Part shown: positions 9,251 through 17,986 of the stretch, piece by piece | How the letters are laid out: each line of letters starts with the position of its first letter | Numbering within the stretch: the stretch's first letter is position 1 | Origin: a virus | Taxonomy: Duplodnaviria > Caudoviricetes | DNA length: 52,712 nt | Direction: 5' to 3' (one strand) | Virus record (IMG/VR): IMGVR_UViG_3300049441_000044 | Location: 1 to 52,712 of that record | Program-made: the position numbers and the translations under genes | Notes under the pieces: generated by a model | Told to the model about the DNA's origin: nothing | Databases searched by the model: none | The model's input: the letters and a program-made list of their open reading frames with translations, nothing else

Positions 9251-11124
9251 ACGGGGCGGGGGACCTGGTGCTGTGGCCGGTGTTGGAGGCGGTCCGTACC
9301 GGGGCGGCGGCCCAGCTCGGGCTCACCGGCCGCCCGGTGTGCCACTTCGTGATCTACCAGGCCGACCATGCGATGCCCGCCGACGACTGCGGCTGCGAGT
9401 GCCCCGGTGGTGGGCAGGGCGCCGGGTGGGTGCGGCTGCTCGGGGCCACCACCCAGCTGCCCGGGGTCGGCGCGCTGTCCAACCCGGCACCGTGCGCCGG
9501 GGGTCGGCTGCTGCTCAGTGTCGAGGTCGGGGTGCACCGCTGCGCCCCCACCCTGGCCGAGGACGCGACCACGATCCCCGACGAGGAGATGGACGAGTTC
9601 TCGGCGGGCATGGTCCTGGACCTCACCGCGCTGCACCGGGCGTTTTTGTGCGCGCCGTGGCTGGAGGACACCGCCTGGCAGCTGATCACCCTGATCACGT
9701 TGGGTCCGCTCGGGGGGTGCGCCGCCGCGGTCGCGCACGCCCAGCTGGTGCGTGAGAACTGCTGCCCGCTGACGCTGACACTGTCCTGGACCCCGAGCCC
9801 GGGGGCGATGCTCGCGGTGCAGATCACCGCTACCGGGTTCAGCCAGCACGGCGCGACCCTCGATTTCGGGGACGGGTCGCCGCTGATGTCGCTGGCGGCG
9901 GCGGGCACGGTCACTCACCTGTACCCGGCGGCGGGCAGCTACACGGTGACCGTCACCGACCGGGCCTGGCCCAGCAGCCGGGTGAGCACCCTCATCACCG
10001 TCGCCGACCACGCCCCGACAGCGACGGTGTTCACCGGCCCGGCGGACCCGTGGGCGGTGCTGCTGTGGCTGGACGAGCCCACCACGTCCGGGTACAGCGT
10101 CGACTGGGGAGACAACACCGTCCCGCAGCTGGAGCCCGGGCAGGGCAGCGACCCACCGGACCCGCGAGTGGGCCACTCCTACACCCGGGCCGGGCGGTGG
10201 ACGGTGGCCGTCACCGACATCGCGACCCGCCGGGTCACCACCACCGTGATCGACACCGGGGAGCTGGGTGTGCGGGTCAGCTTCGCGCCGGACTCCGCGC
10301 AGCCGCAGGTGCAGGTGGTGGGCCTGGCCGCCGGGTCGACCTGCGAGATCACCCTCGGCGCGGGCGACACCGTCGCGTTGGTCGCGCCCAGCTCGGGGCA
10401 GCTCACCCACACGAACCCCGACCCGCTGCCCGCTGGTGATCACCCGCTGCTCATCGAGGAGATCGTCGACGGGGACGTGCGGCGCCGGGCCACCCGCAGC
10501 GTCACCGTCCCCGACCAGGCCGACCCCCGCCTGGGTCTGGTCGTGACCTGGGCGCCCGCCGCCGGCGGCGTCGGGCAGACCGTCACCGTCCAGGCCACCG
10601 GCGCCCGGGTGGAGTGCACCGTCAGCTGGGGAGACGGCACCACCCCGAGCTCCTTGCCCGTCGGCGGTTCCGTGGACCACGACTACGTCCTGCCGGTCCC
10701 GGGCGGCGGGTACCTGGTGTGGGTCAGCGAGGTCGCGGCGGCGCTGCCCGACGGCGCGGTGCCCCGGCGGGCGACGCGGCTGGTCGGGGCGCCCCGGTAT
10801 GTGGGGGTGCCGCAGCTCTCAGCCCGGACACCGGGGGCGGTGGTGCTGCACATCGCCGGCGTCGACGGGCCCACCGGCGCCGATCAGTACCGGATCGACT
10901 GGGGTGACGGCACCGAACCGGACGAGGCGGGCGCGGTCGGCGCCTGGTACCCGGCGCGGCACGTCTACGCCGCCGACGGCGTCTACACGATCACGGTGGA
11001 CGGGCCGGGGATGCCGGACCCGGTGACCCGCCCGGTTCGGGTGCTGCGCTACCCCGCGCCGACCGCGCTGTACCCGGGCCTGGGCGTGTTCCCTTCCGAG
11101 CAGCTGTACCCGCAGGAGGTCTGA
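9247..11124 (+). CDS. tail-terminator-like domain fused to tandem PKD-like domains
   Basis: N-terminal ~170 aa with DDC.CEC..GQ..WVRL, VEVGV.RC and GP.GGC. Then repeated DFGDG/DWGD/SWGDG...H.Y...G.YTVTV units and an LYP..LYP C-terminus. Confidence 0.65.
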   Translation: MNGAGDLVLWPVLEAVRTGAAAQLGLTGRPVCHFVIYQADHAMPADDCGCECPGGGQGAGWVRLLGATTQLPGVGALSNPAPCAGGRLLLSVEVGVHRCAPTLAEDATTIPDEEMDEFSAGMVLDLTALHRAFLCAPWLEDTAWQLITLITLGPLGGCAAAVAHAQLVRENCCPLTLTLSWTPSPGAMLAVQITATGFSQHGATLDFGDGSPLMSLAAAGTVTHLYPAAGSYTVTVTDRAWPSSRVSTLITVADHAPTATVFTGPADPWAVLLWLDEPTTSGYSVDWGDNTVPQLEPGQGSDPPDPRVGHSYTRAGRWTVAVTDIATRRVTTTVIDTGELGVRVSFAPDSAQPQVQVVGLAAGSTCEITLGAGDTVALVAPSSGQLTHTNPDPLPAGDHPLLIEEIVDGDVRRRATRSVTVPDQADPRLGLVVTWAPAAGGVGQTVTVQATGARVECTVSWGDGTTPSSLPVGGSVDHDYVLPVPGGGYLVWVSEVAAALPDGAVPRRATRLVGAPRYVGVPQLSARTPGAVVLHIAGVDGPTGADQYRIDWGDGTEPDEAGAVGAWYPARHVYAADGVYTITVDGPGMPDPVTRPVRVLRYPAPTALYPGLGVFPSEQLYPQEV

Positions 11125-12942
11125 GTGACCTACGAACCGCAAACCTGGGTCGACGGGGAGGACGGCGGCACTCCGGTGTCCGGGGCCCGGCTCGCTCATT
11201 TGGAGGCCGGGGTCGCCGCCGCGGTGGCGCAGGACGACAACCTGGCCGACCTGGCCAGCCCGGCGGCGGCCCGGACGAATCTGGGTCTGGCGCCGGTCGC
11301 CGCGAGCGGCGTCTACACCGACCTGTCCGGCGCACCGGTGATCCCGGTGACCTACGCCGACCTGACCGGCACCGTCCCGCAGGCGGCGCTGCCCGCCCTG
11401 GCCCTCACCGAGTACCTCGGTGCGGTGGCCTCCCAGGCGGCGATGCTGGCCCTGACCGGGCAGCGGGGTGACTGGTGCACCCGCACCGACCTCGGCACCG
11501 ACTGGCAGCTGGTAGCCGACGCCCCGACGCTGCTGGTGTCGTGGCAAGAGCACCTGTACCCGGCGTCGCCGGTGCAGTCCGTCGCCGGGCGCACCGGCGC
11601 GGTCGTGCTCACCGAGGCCGACGTGAGCGGGCTGGTCGGCGACCTGGCCGGGGCGGCGCAGAAGGCAGCCAACCTGTCGGACCTGGCCAGCGCGGCGAGC
11701 GCACGGACCAGCCTCGGTTTGGCGACAGTCGCCGCCACCGGCGCCTATGCCGACCTCTCCGGTCGCCCGGCGATTCCCGCTGCCTACAGCGACCTCACCG
11801 GCACCGTGCCCCAAGGGGCGCTACCCGCCGTCGCACTCACCGAGTTCCTGGGCGCGGTGGGGTCGCAGGCCGCGATGTTGGCGCTGACCGGGCAGCGGGG
11901 TGACTGGTGTAGCCGCACCGATCTGGGCACCGACTGGCAGCTCATCGCGGATGCTCCGGCCCTGCTGGGTTCGTGGCGGGAGCACATCTACCCGGCCAGT
12001 CCGGTGTCCTCCGTCGCGGGCCGCACCGGCGCCGTGGTCCTCGGCGAATCGGACATCCCTGGTTTGGTCACGGACCTGGCAGCGAAGGCAGCCGACGCCC
12101 TGGTGGTGCACCTGGCGGGCACCGAAACCATCACCGGGGCCAAGACGTTCAGCACGGCACCCGTCGTGCCGGCCCCCTCAGCGGCGGGCAACCCGGTCCG
12201 CCACGACGACGTCCGCAACACCGACTCCCGGCCGCCCTCCGGTACGGCCAGCGGGTCCCTCGCGGGCGCCTACCCGGGCCCGTCCCTCGCGGCCGGTGCG
12301 GTCGGCGGGACCGAGATCGCCGCCGCCATCAAAGACCCGGCAGCCGCGACGGCTGGGTTGCGGACCCTGGGTACCGGTGCCGCGCAGGCCGCGGCGGGCA
12401 CCCACACCCACACCTCCGGGTCGGTCACCCCGGCCGATCATGGGCTGTTGTGCTGGTCGTGTGACCCGGCGGTCGCGGCGGGGTCCTCAGCCCTGATCAG
12501 CGGAACCGTGTATCTGGCACGGGTCCCTGTGCCGGCCGACGTGTCCGTCACCAAGATCTACTGGGGAGTCGGGAACCTGGCAGTATCCCCGGTCGCCGGT
12601 CAGAACGAGGTGGGGATCTACGACCCCTCCGGCAACAAGCTGGTCGCCGCCAACGTCGACGCAGTGGTCACGTCATCCGGGCTCAAAACGACAACAATCG
12701 CGTCAACCTCCCTGGTGGGTCTGGCGTTCGTGTGGGTGGCGTTCGTGTTCAACGCCGCCACCCCGCCCGGTTTGCAGCGCACCACGGCGACGATCAGCGG
12801 CGGATTCCTCAACGCCGGACTCACCGCCGCGGCCTCACGTGCGTCGACGAACGGGACTGCCAAGACGGTGCTGCCCACCTCGATCACACCGTCGGCGGCC
12901 ACCCAAGCAGCCAACGTGATCTTCGCGGCGTTGGGACTGTGA
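11125..12942 (+). CDS. tail fibre/minor tail-like protein
   Basis: MTYEPQTW.DG..GTP....L..LE.G N-terminus, NL.DL...ARTNLGL and VxSVAGRTGAVVL fibre motifs, and a beta-rich C-terminal domain. Confidence 0.7.
   Translation: MTYEPQTWVDGEDGGTPVSGARLAHLEAGVAAAVAQDDNLADLASPAAARTNLGLAPVAASGVYTDLSGAPVIPVTYADLTGTVPQAALPALALTEYLGAVASQAAMLALTGQRGDWCTRTDLGTDWQLVADAPTLLVSWQEHLYPASPVQSVAGRTGAVVLTEADVSGLVGDLAGAAQKAANLSDLASAASARTSLGLATVAATGAYADLSGRPAIPAAYSDLTGTVPQGALPAVALTEFLGAVGSQAAMLALTGQRGDWCSRTDLGTDWQLIADAPALLGSWREHIYPASPVSSVAGRTGAVVLGESDIPGLVTDLAAKAADALVVHLAGTETITGAKTFSTAPVVPAPSAAGNPVRHDDVRNTDSRPPSGTASGSLAGAYPGPSLAAGAVGGTEIAAAIKDPAAATAGLRTLGTGAAQAAAGTHTHTSGSVTPADHGLLCWSCDPAVAAGSSALISGTVYLARVPVPADVSVTKIYWGVGNLAVSPVAGQNEVGIYDPSGNKLVAANVDAVVTSSGLKTTTIASTSLVGLAFVWVAFVFNAATPPGLQRTTATISGGFLNAGLTAAASRASTNGTAKTVLPTSITPSAATQAANVIFAALGL
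11239..12102 (+). repeat. 432-bp (144-aa) diverged tandem duplication within the fibre gene
   Basis: Units start at AAC 11239 and AAC 11671. Both contain AMLALTGQRGDWC.RTDLGTDWQL. Confidence 0.9.
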
Positions 12943-12976
12943 CCGTGACCGGGTACCGGAGCGGGCGGTGGGTGTC

Positions 12977-13370
12977 ATGAGCGGGTGGGTGCAGTGACTC
13001 ATCACCGGCGCCGCCGTCGTGACCGCGATCGGGGATCTTGTGGGCCAAAATCATCCGCCCGTTGCTGGACCTGCGTGAGCAGCTCCGCAGGGCCATCCCC
13101 GCAGTTCAGGCCCTCACCAACGTGTTCGGCGGGAACGCGACCATGCTCAGCGTCCTCAACGAGATCGCGGCGCAGTTCAAGACCGACAGCGGCTCCAGTC
13201 TGCGGGACGTCGTGAACGGTCTCGCCGCCGCCGCCGAGGAGAACGGCCAGACCAGTGATCAGTTGCGGATCGGCGCGGAAGCCGCCCGGACACTCGCCGA
13301 ACGCGATCACCAGAAACTTAGGGCCGCCACCGGCCACAGCCCGCTACCCGGAACCGGGGTCCTGACATGA
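12977..13370 (+). pseudogene. disrupted phage membrane protein (GSSLRD type)
   Basis: ATG 12977 reads MSGWVQ*LITGAAVVTAIG, with TGA at 12995 and an extra G in GGGG at 13031-13034. Repairing both joins it to ILWAKIIRP...DSGSSLRDVVN. Confidence 0.6.
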
Positions 13371-13837
13371 CACCACCACAGGAGAGGCGGGTGGGTGTGC
13401 GCCGACGGACGTTCCGGCTGAACATCGAGTCCCCGACGTGGCCCGCGTCGGTCATCGCCGGGGCCTACGGGCTGCTGGGGCTGGCGATGCTGGGCCAGCC
13501 GCACCGGTTCGTGGTCACCGCCCCGTTCGGGATCCTCCTGGACATCATGCCGATCCGGGCCTGGGGTGCCGCGCACCTGGCGGTGGCGGCCCTGTTCCTG
13601 CTCTACGTCGCCGTGGCGCCGGGACGGACCGCCGCGCTGGCGGCGCACATCGCCGGGTTCGTCCTGACCACCCTGTGCCTGATCGCGTTCGTGGTGCGGT
13701 ACATCACCGACCCCGGCACCACGCCGACCAACGCGATCTCCTGGCTGGTGTACCTGTTCGTTTTGGCCCGCTCGGCGTCGCTGATACCCCGGGTCACCGC
13801 CCGGCACGGCACCCGTCGGGGATCGGGGGCGGTGTGA
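13367..13837 (+). CDS. multi-pass membrane protein (lysis region)
   Basis: About four hydrophobic segments; ATGA overlap with the upstream gene. Confidence 0.65.
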   Translation: MTPPQERRVGVRRRTFRLNIESPTWPASVIAGAYGLLGLAMLGQPHRFVVTAPFGILLDIMPIRAWGAAHLAVAALFLLYVAVAPGRTAALAAHIAGFVLTTLCLIAFVVRYITDPGTTPTNAISWLVYLFVLARSASLIPRVTARHGTRRGSGAV

Positions 13838-14253
13838 CACCCACCGAGATCACCCTGATGCTGGGCCTGGTCGTGACCCTGCTGTCCTCGGTCGGGGTCC
13901 CGCTGTACCTGAGGCGCCAGGCCGCCCGTCAGGCCGCGACGGAACGGAAGATCGCGGCCATGGCCGCCGAGAAGGCGGGGGAGGCACTGACCTGGGAGAA
14001 GATCAACCAGGCGATCGCCCGGGAACGGGACGCGCTGACCGTCGCCCTCAAAGAAGCGGTGATCGAGCACCGGACCGCGATCGTGGAGCTGCGCAAGTTC
14101 TTCGCCGAAGAGGCCGACCGGATCAAGCAGCGGACCGATTACGACCTGGACCGGGCCAACCTGCGGATCAGGCAGCTCGGTGAGGAGGTCTCGGGCCTGA
14201 TCCAGCGGCAGAGCACCGCCCAGCCGCCGCAACCCGGGGACAACCCGCCGTGA
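13834..14253 (+). CDS. membrane-anchored coiled-coil protein
   Basis: GTGA overlap. One N-terminal TM segment followed by a charged heptad-like helix. Confidence 0.65.
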   Translation: MTPTEITLMLGLVVTLLSSVGVPLYLRRQAARQAATERKIAAMAAEKAGEALTWEKINQAIARERDALTVALKEAVIEHRTAIVELRKFFAEEADRIKQRTDYDLDRANLRIRQLGEEVSGLIQRQSTAQPPQPGDNPP

Positions 14254-14450
14254 TCCTCCGCAGGGCGCGGCCGGGGTTGCGGCCCGCCGCGCTGACCGCG
14301 TCGCCGCTGCTGGTGGCCGCGCTGCTGACCTCACCAGCACCCCCGCTGGTGTGCCGACCGGGATGGGTCGAGCAGGTGTTGATCTGGCCCGGGGGTGACC
14401 GGGACCTGGTGTGCGCAGCACTGCCACCGGACCCCAGCAACGACGAGTGA
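14250..14450 (+). CDS. small putative secreted protein
   Basis: Signal-like N-terminus, two Cys residues, GTGA coupling. Confidence 0.4.
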   Translation: MILRRARPGLRPAALTASPLLVAALLTSPAPPLVCRPGWVEQVLIWPGGDRDLVCAALPPDPSNDE

Positions 14451-14466
14451 AGAGGAGGCGACGGCG

Positions 14467-14907
14467 ATGCCCGAGCCCCACAGCAACGGCCGGACCGGCA
14501 GGACCAGCCGAGCCGGCCGACCGCGCCCGCCCGCAGCGGCGGCCCACCCCGACGAGCCACCCGCAGCGGAACCCGTCCCGCCGGCACCACCACCACCGGC
14601 GGCGGACCCACCCGCACCGGCGGGGCAGGACGACCCGCCCGGGGACGACGCTGACGCCGGCCTCGACGGGGGCCTGAGCCACGTCACCGACGGGGAGTGG
14701 CGGGACGCGCACCTGCGGCTGATGGGCGACCTGCAGGGCGTCGTGCCGGCCGAGCAGCTGGACTTCGTCTGGGCGCCGGGGACCGCCGCGGACCGGGCCG
14801 ACACCACAGCGGTCGGGCAGCCCGACCCGGGGGAGGTACCCGACCACGGGAGTTTCGACGCGGCCGGGCCCGACGAACGATTCGAGGGAGGCGGGCACCG
14901 TGGCTGA
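14467..14907 (+). CDS. Pro/Asp-rich hypothetical protein
   Basis: GAGGAGG RBS before ATG 14467; overlaps the amidase start. Confidence 0.5.
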   Translation: MPEPHSNGRTGRTSRAGRPRPPAAAAHPDEPPAAEPVPPAPPPPAADPPAPAGQDDPPGDDADAGLDGGLSHVTDGEWRDAHLRLMGDLQGVVPAEQLDFVWAPGTAADRADTTAVGQPDPGEVPDHGSFDAAGPDERFEGGGHRG

Positions 14908-15772
14908 TGACGGCGACCGGCGCCGGATACGGGAGATCATCCAGCGGTTGCGCCACGACTACCGGATCGAGGTCCTGGAGCTCCCCGGCTGGCAGGACCG
15001 GGGCCTGACCTGGGCTCGGGTCCCGACCGGGGTGGTCGACCACCACGACGCCAGCTCCCGCAAGTCCGGGGAGTGGGGGTCGCTCGGTGTGATCCGCGAC
15101 GGGCGGGAGGGCATCCCGGGGCCGCTGAGCCAGTTCCAGATCGCCCGCTGCCTGGACGACGTACCGCGCCTGGCGGTCGTCGCCGCCGGGCGGGCCAACC
15201 ACGCCGGGAAAGGCGGCCCGCTGATCGGGATCCCCACCGACGCCGCGAACGCCTGGGTCTACGGGGTCGAGTCAGCGAACAACGGGGTCGACGAGGGCTA
15301 CACCTGGGCGTCGCACTTCTGCCACGACGCGCTGTTCCGGGTGCTGATGGAGGTGTGCCGGTTCGCGGTGACGCATGTGATCGGGCACCGGGAATGGACC
15401 ACCCGCAAGATCGACCCCCGTTACGACATGAACTGGCGGCGCAGAGGCGTCACTGGCGTGCAGCACCGCGAGGAGGACGACATGTTCGACGAAAACGACC
15501 GGATCATGCTCCGGCAGGTCCATCACGAATCCACTCTTCTCCTGCCCAACCGGCGAGGCGAAGGCGGCAGCGATAACGGCACCGGTCACCAGGACACCGT
15601 GCTGGGTTGGGCAGCGCACGCCGACGGGGCAGCGTGGCGGGCTGAGCACCGGCTACCGGCCGTGGAGGCCCAGCTCAGGGAGGTCCAGGCGGACCTGGCC
15701 ACGATCAAGACGATGCTCGCGGACCTGGTGACCGCCCACACCCCAAAAGCACCTGGCTCGCTACCCGTCTGA
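14900..15772 (+). CDS. endolysin, N-acetylmuramoyl-L-alanine amidase (Amidase_2-like)
   Basis: HHDAS, GPLSQ, ANHAG, GVESANNG and GHREW...KIDP motifs; GGAGG RBS. Confidence 0.85.
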   Translation: MADDGDRRRIREIIQRLRHDYRIEVLELPGWQDRGLTWARVPTGVVDHHDASSRKSGEWGSLGVIRDGREGIPGPLSQFQIARCLDDVPRLAVVAAGRANHAGKGGPLIGIPTDAANAWVYGVESANNGVDEGYTWASHFCHDALFRVLMEVCRFAVTHVIGHREWTTRKIDPRYDMNWRRRGVTGVQHREEDDMFDENDRIMLRQVHHESTLLLPNRRGEGGSDNGTGHQDTVLGWAAHADGAAWRAEHRLPAVEAQLREVQADLATIKTMLADLVTAHTPKAPGSLPV

Positions 15773-16257
15773 GCGCCGGATGGGTCGACGGCAAACGCGA
15801 GCTCCACAGCATCGTCATCCCGCAGATCCTGATCCAGCAGGCGGAGATCGCCGGGTGCCCGCTGGCGGTGGCCGCGACGCTGCTCGACGTCGAGAGCGGC
15901 GGCGGCCAAATGATCTACGGTCGGCCGCCGGGGCCGTGCGGGCAGCCGCACAAGTCCGTCGTGACCGAGGAGAACTACCGGGTCTACCTGGCCCAGCGCG
16001 CGACGTGCGGCACCCAGGGCGTCGGCGCGATGCAACTCACCTGGGGTCCCCTGCAGGACCTCGCCGACCAGCGAGGGGGCTGCTGGGTGCCGGCGGTGAA
16101 CGTGGCCGTCGGGCTTGGCGAGTTCGTCACACACCTGCAGGGCCACAGCATCCCGGAGGCCCTGAGCCTCTACAACACCGGCAAACCCGGCCCGTCGCCC
16201 TACGCCCTGCGGGCACTGGAACGGCTGCCTCGGTGGCAGCAGGTGATCACACCATGA
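15742..16257 (+). CDS. lytic transglycosylase/lysozyme-like domain with no suitable start codon of its own
   Basis: AEIAGCPLAVAATLLDVESGG, GVGAMQLT, NV..G and ALSLYNTG match the SLT motifs. The frame is open from 15646, but the first ATG/GTG is at 15868, inside the motif. Confidence 0.7.
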   Translation, partial: PKSTWLATRLSAGWVDGKRELHSIVIPQILIQQAEIAGCPLAVAATLLDVESGGGQMIYGRPPGPCGQPHKSVVTEENYRVYLAQRATCGTQGVGAMQLTWGPLQDLADQRGGCWVPAVNVAVGLGEFVTHLQGHSIPEALSLYNTGKPGPSPYALRALERLPRWQQVITP

Positions 16258-16514
16258 ACCATCCGACGCGAACAGGAGACCACCGTTTGATCACAGCCCG
16301 GGTGCGGTGCATCCGCAAAGACGAGCTCACCGACGGTGAGAACCGGACGACCATCGTCGTGTGGGAACCGGACTACCAGGCCGGCCTCAACCAGGAATGG
16401 GGCGGCCCGACCCCGAGCCTGCACTTCGAACTGGTCCTCCACGGCACCGCCGCGGACCAGTTCGCCGCCAACCAGAATTACACACTGACCGTCACCAAGG
16501 AGAACACCCCGTGA
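16254..16514 (+). CDS. small phage hypothetical protein
   Basis: ATGA overlap; N.EW...TPS....L.....A..F pattern seen in small phage proteins. Confidence 0.6.
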   Translation: MNHPTRTGDHRLITARVRCIRKDELTDGENRTTIVVWEPDYQAGLNQEWGGPTPSLHFELVLHGTAADQFAANQNYTLTVTKENTP

Positions 16515-16834
16515 GCAGGCCCTACGCAGATACCCGTCCCCGCCCCACCCCGTTGCGTGATGTCGCGCAACGGTGGGCGAGGATCACCGCCCCGGTGGGG
16601 GGCATCATCGCCGCGCTGGTCACCGCCACCACCCTGACCGTGGCCCAGGGCGACGCCCTGTCCGCCGGCCTGGTCGCCGTCAACCTGCTGTTCGGCGCCA
16701 TCACCGGGCTGGTCACCGCCGTGAGCGCCGCGGTCGCCGCGTTCAAGACGGCGAACAGTGGAGCAGAGCACGTCACACCCGTCGGGGACCCGCAGGACAA
16801 CCAGGGCCGAAGGCTGACCCCCGAGGGCACCTGA
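16511..16834 (+). CDS. holin-like membrane protein
   Basis: AAGGAG RBS, two hydrophobic segments, and a C-terminal VTPV..P typical of actinophage holins. Confidence 0.6.
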   Translation: MSRPYADTRPRPTPLRDVAQRWARITAPVGGIIAALVTATTLTVAQGDALSAGLVAVNLLFGAITGLVTAVSAAVAAFKTANSGAEHVTPVGDPQDNQGRRLTPEGT

Positions 16835-16868
16835 CAGCCCAGGCGGCCAGGAGAGGAACGGGGTCACC

Positions 16869-17336
16869 GTGGCGGTGGTGGTGCGCCTGAACCGGCGCCA
16901 GCTCGACGAGCTGGTACACGGGCCGGGAGGGCCCGTCGTCCGGATGGTCGAGCGGGTCACCCGGCAGGCCACCAACGCCGTGCGGGTCCGGGCGCCGGTC
17001 GACACCGGTGTGGGCCGGGCCTCGATCCGCTCCGACGTGCACATCGGGGCGGGCCGGATCACCGGGCGCATCTTCATGGCCCGCCACATGTGGTACCAGG
17101 CGAAGGGCACCGGCATCTACGGCCCCACCGGGTCCCCGATCCGGCCCAAGACCGGCACGGTGCTGGTGTTCCGGGCAAGCCGCACGATCGGGCCGCTGCG
17201 CCCCGGCCAGAAACACCCCGCGCCCGGCCGTCGGGGGCTGGTGTTCGCCAGGCAGGTCAAAGGCGTGCCCCCGAACGATTTCGTGATCGCCGGGGTCCGG
17301 GCAGCGGTGCCCTGGCCGGTGCGCCACAACCGGTGA
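16869..17336 (+). CDS. HK97 gp10-like neck/tail completion protein
   Basis: APVDTG..RASI, GTG, IRPK...VL.F and VFA..V.G..PN.F motifs. Confidence 0.75.
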   Translation: MAVVVRLNRRQLDELVHGPGGPVVRMVERVTRQATNAVRVRAPVDTGVGRASIRSDVHIGAGRITGRIFMARHMWYQAKGTGIYGPTGSPIRPKTGTVLVFRASRTIGPLRPGQKHPAPGRRGLVFARQVKGVPPNDFVIAGVRAAVPWPVRHNR

Positions 17337-17376
17337 AAGTGCGTGACGAGCAGGAAGGACCCGAAGTGTTGTGACC

Positions 17377-17946
17377 ATGCCCGATCCGCGGGAAAACGAA
17401 CGAGTCGCCGCGCTCAGATACGCGGTCGACCTGCACGCACCAGGAATCAGCCACCTCATCGACCGCGTCGGCGACCATCACAAAGCCGCTCTCGCCGTGG
17501 CCGACACCGCCACCGTGCTCTACGGCTGGCTCCGCGGCCCCTACACCCTGATCGTCACCATCAGCGTCTACGACCGGGAAACCGGACAACTTATCAGCGA
17601 AGGAGACACCAACATGGCTCAGATCACCACCATCCAGCGGGCTCACATCAAAGCCCGAGTGATCGACAAGGGTGGGTTCGGGATCCCCGACCGACCCGGC
17701 GATCCCACCGACGACATCGAGTACGCCATCGAGGGTGATGCCGGTGTGGTCACGCTGACGGTCAGCGACGACACCCGGGAGGCGTGGGGCGACCCGGCAG
17801 GACTGGGCTCCACGGTCATCCGGGTCACCTTCCCCACCGCCGAGGGGCCGAAAACCGCGACCGGCGCCATCGACGTCATCAACTCCGAGGCCGACCGGTT
17901 GGAGCTCACCATCGAGGCCGTGGAGCGGCCGGCCCCGGAGGGATGA
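17377..17946 (+). CDS. hypothetical protein with beta-rich C-terminal half
   Basis: Last gene of the + operon. Has an internal in-frame AAGGAG plus ATG at 17614. Confidence 0.55.
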   Translation: MPDPRENERVAALRYAVDLHAPGISHLIDRVGDHHKAALAVADTATVLYGWLRGPYTLIVTISVYDRETGQLISEGDTNMAQITTIQRAHIKARVIDKGGFGIPDRPGDPTDDIEYAIEGDAGVVTLTVSDDTREAWGDPAGLGSTVIRVTFPTAEGPKTATGAIDVINSEADRLELTIEAVERPAPEG

Positions 17947-17986
17947 CCGGGCTCGGGTAGGCAGGGGTCACAGAGCGGGGGCCTGG

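Noticed and set aside
9226-10680. 484-aa minus-strand ORF
   Set aside because: Antisense to the PKD-repeat gene, with no motifs.
11239-12102. Possible diversity-generating retroelement template/variable repeat pair
   Set aside because: Both copies are in-frame coding, the differences do not look adenine-specific, and no reverse transcriptase is present.
15780-16253. N-terminal part of ORF 15780..16514
   Set aside because: Off-frame overlap with the SLT-like domain; ATG 16254 is the coupled start.
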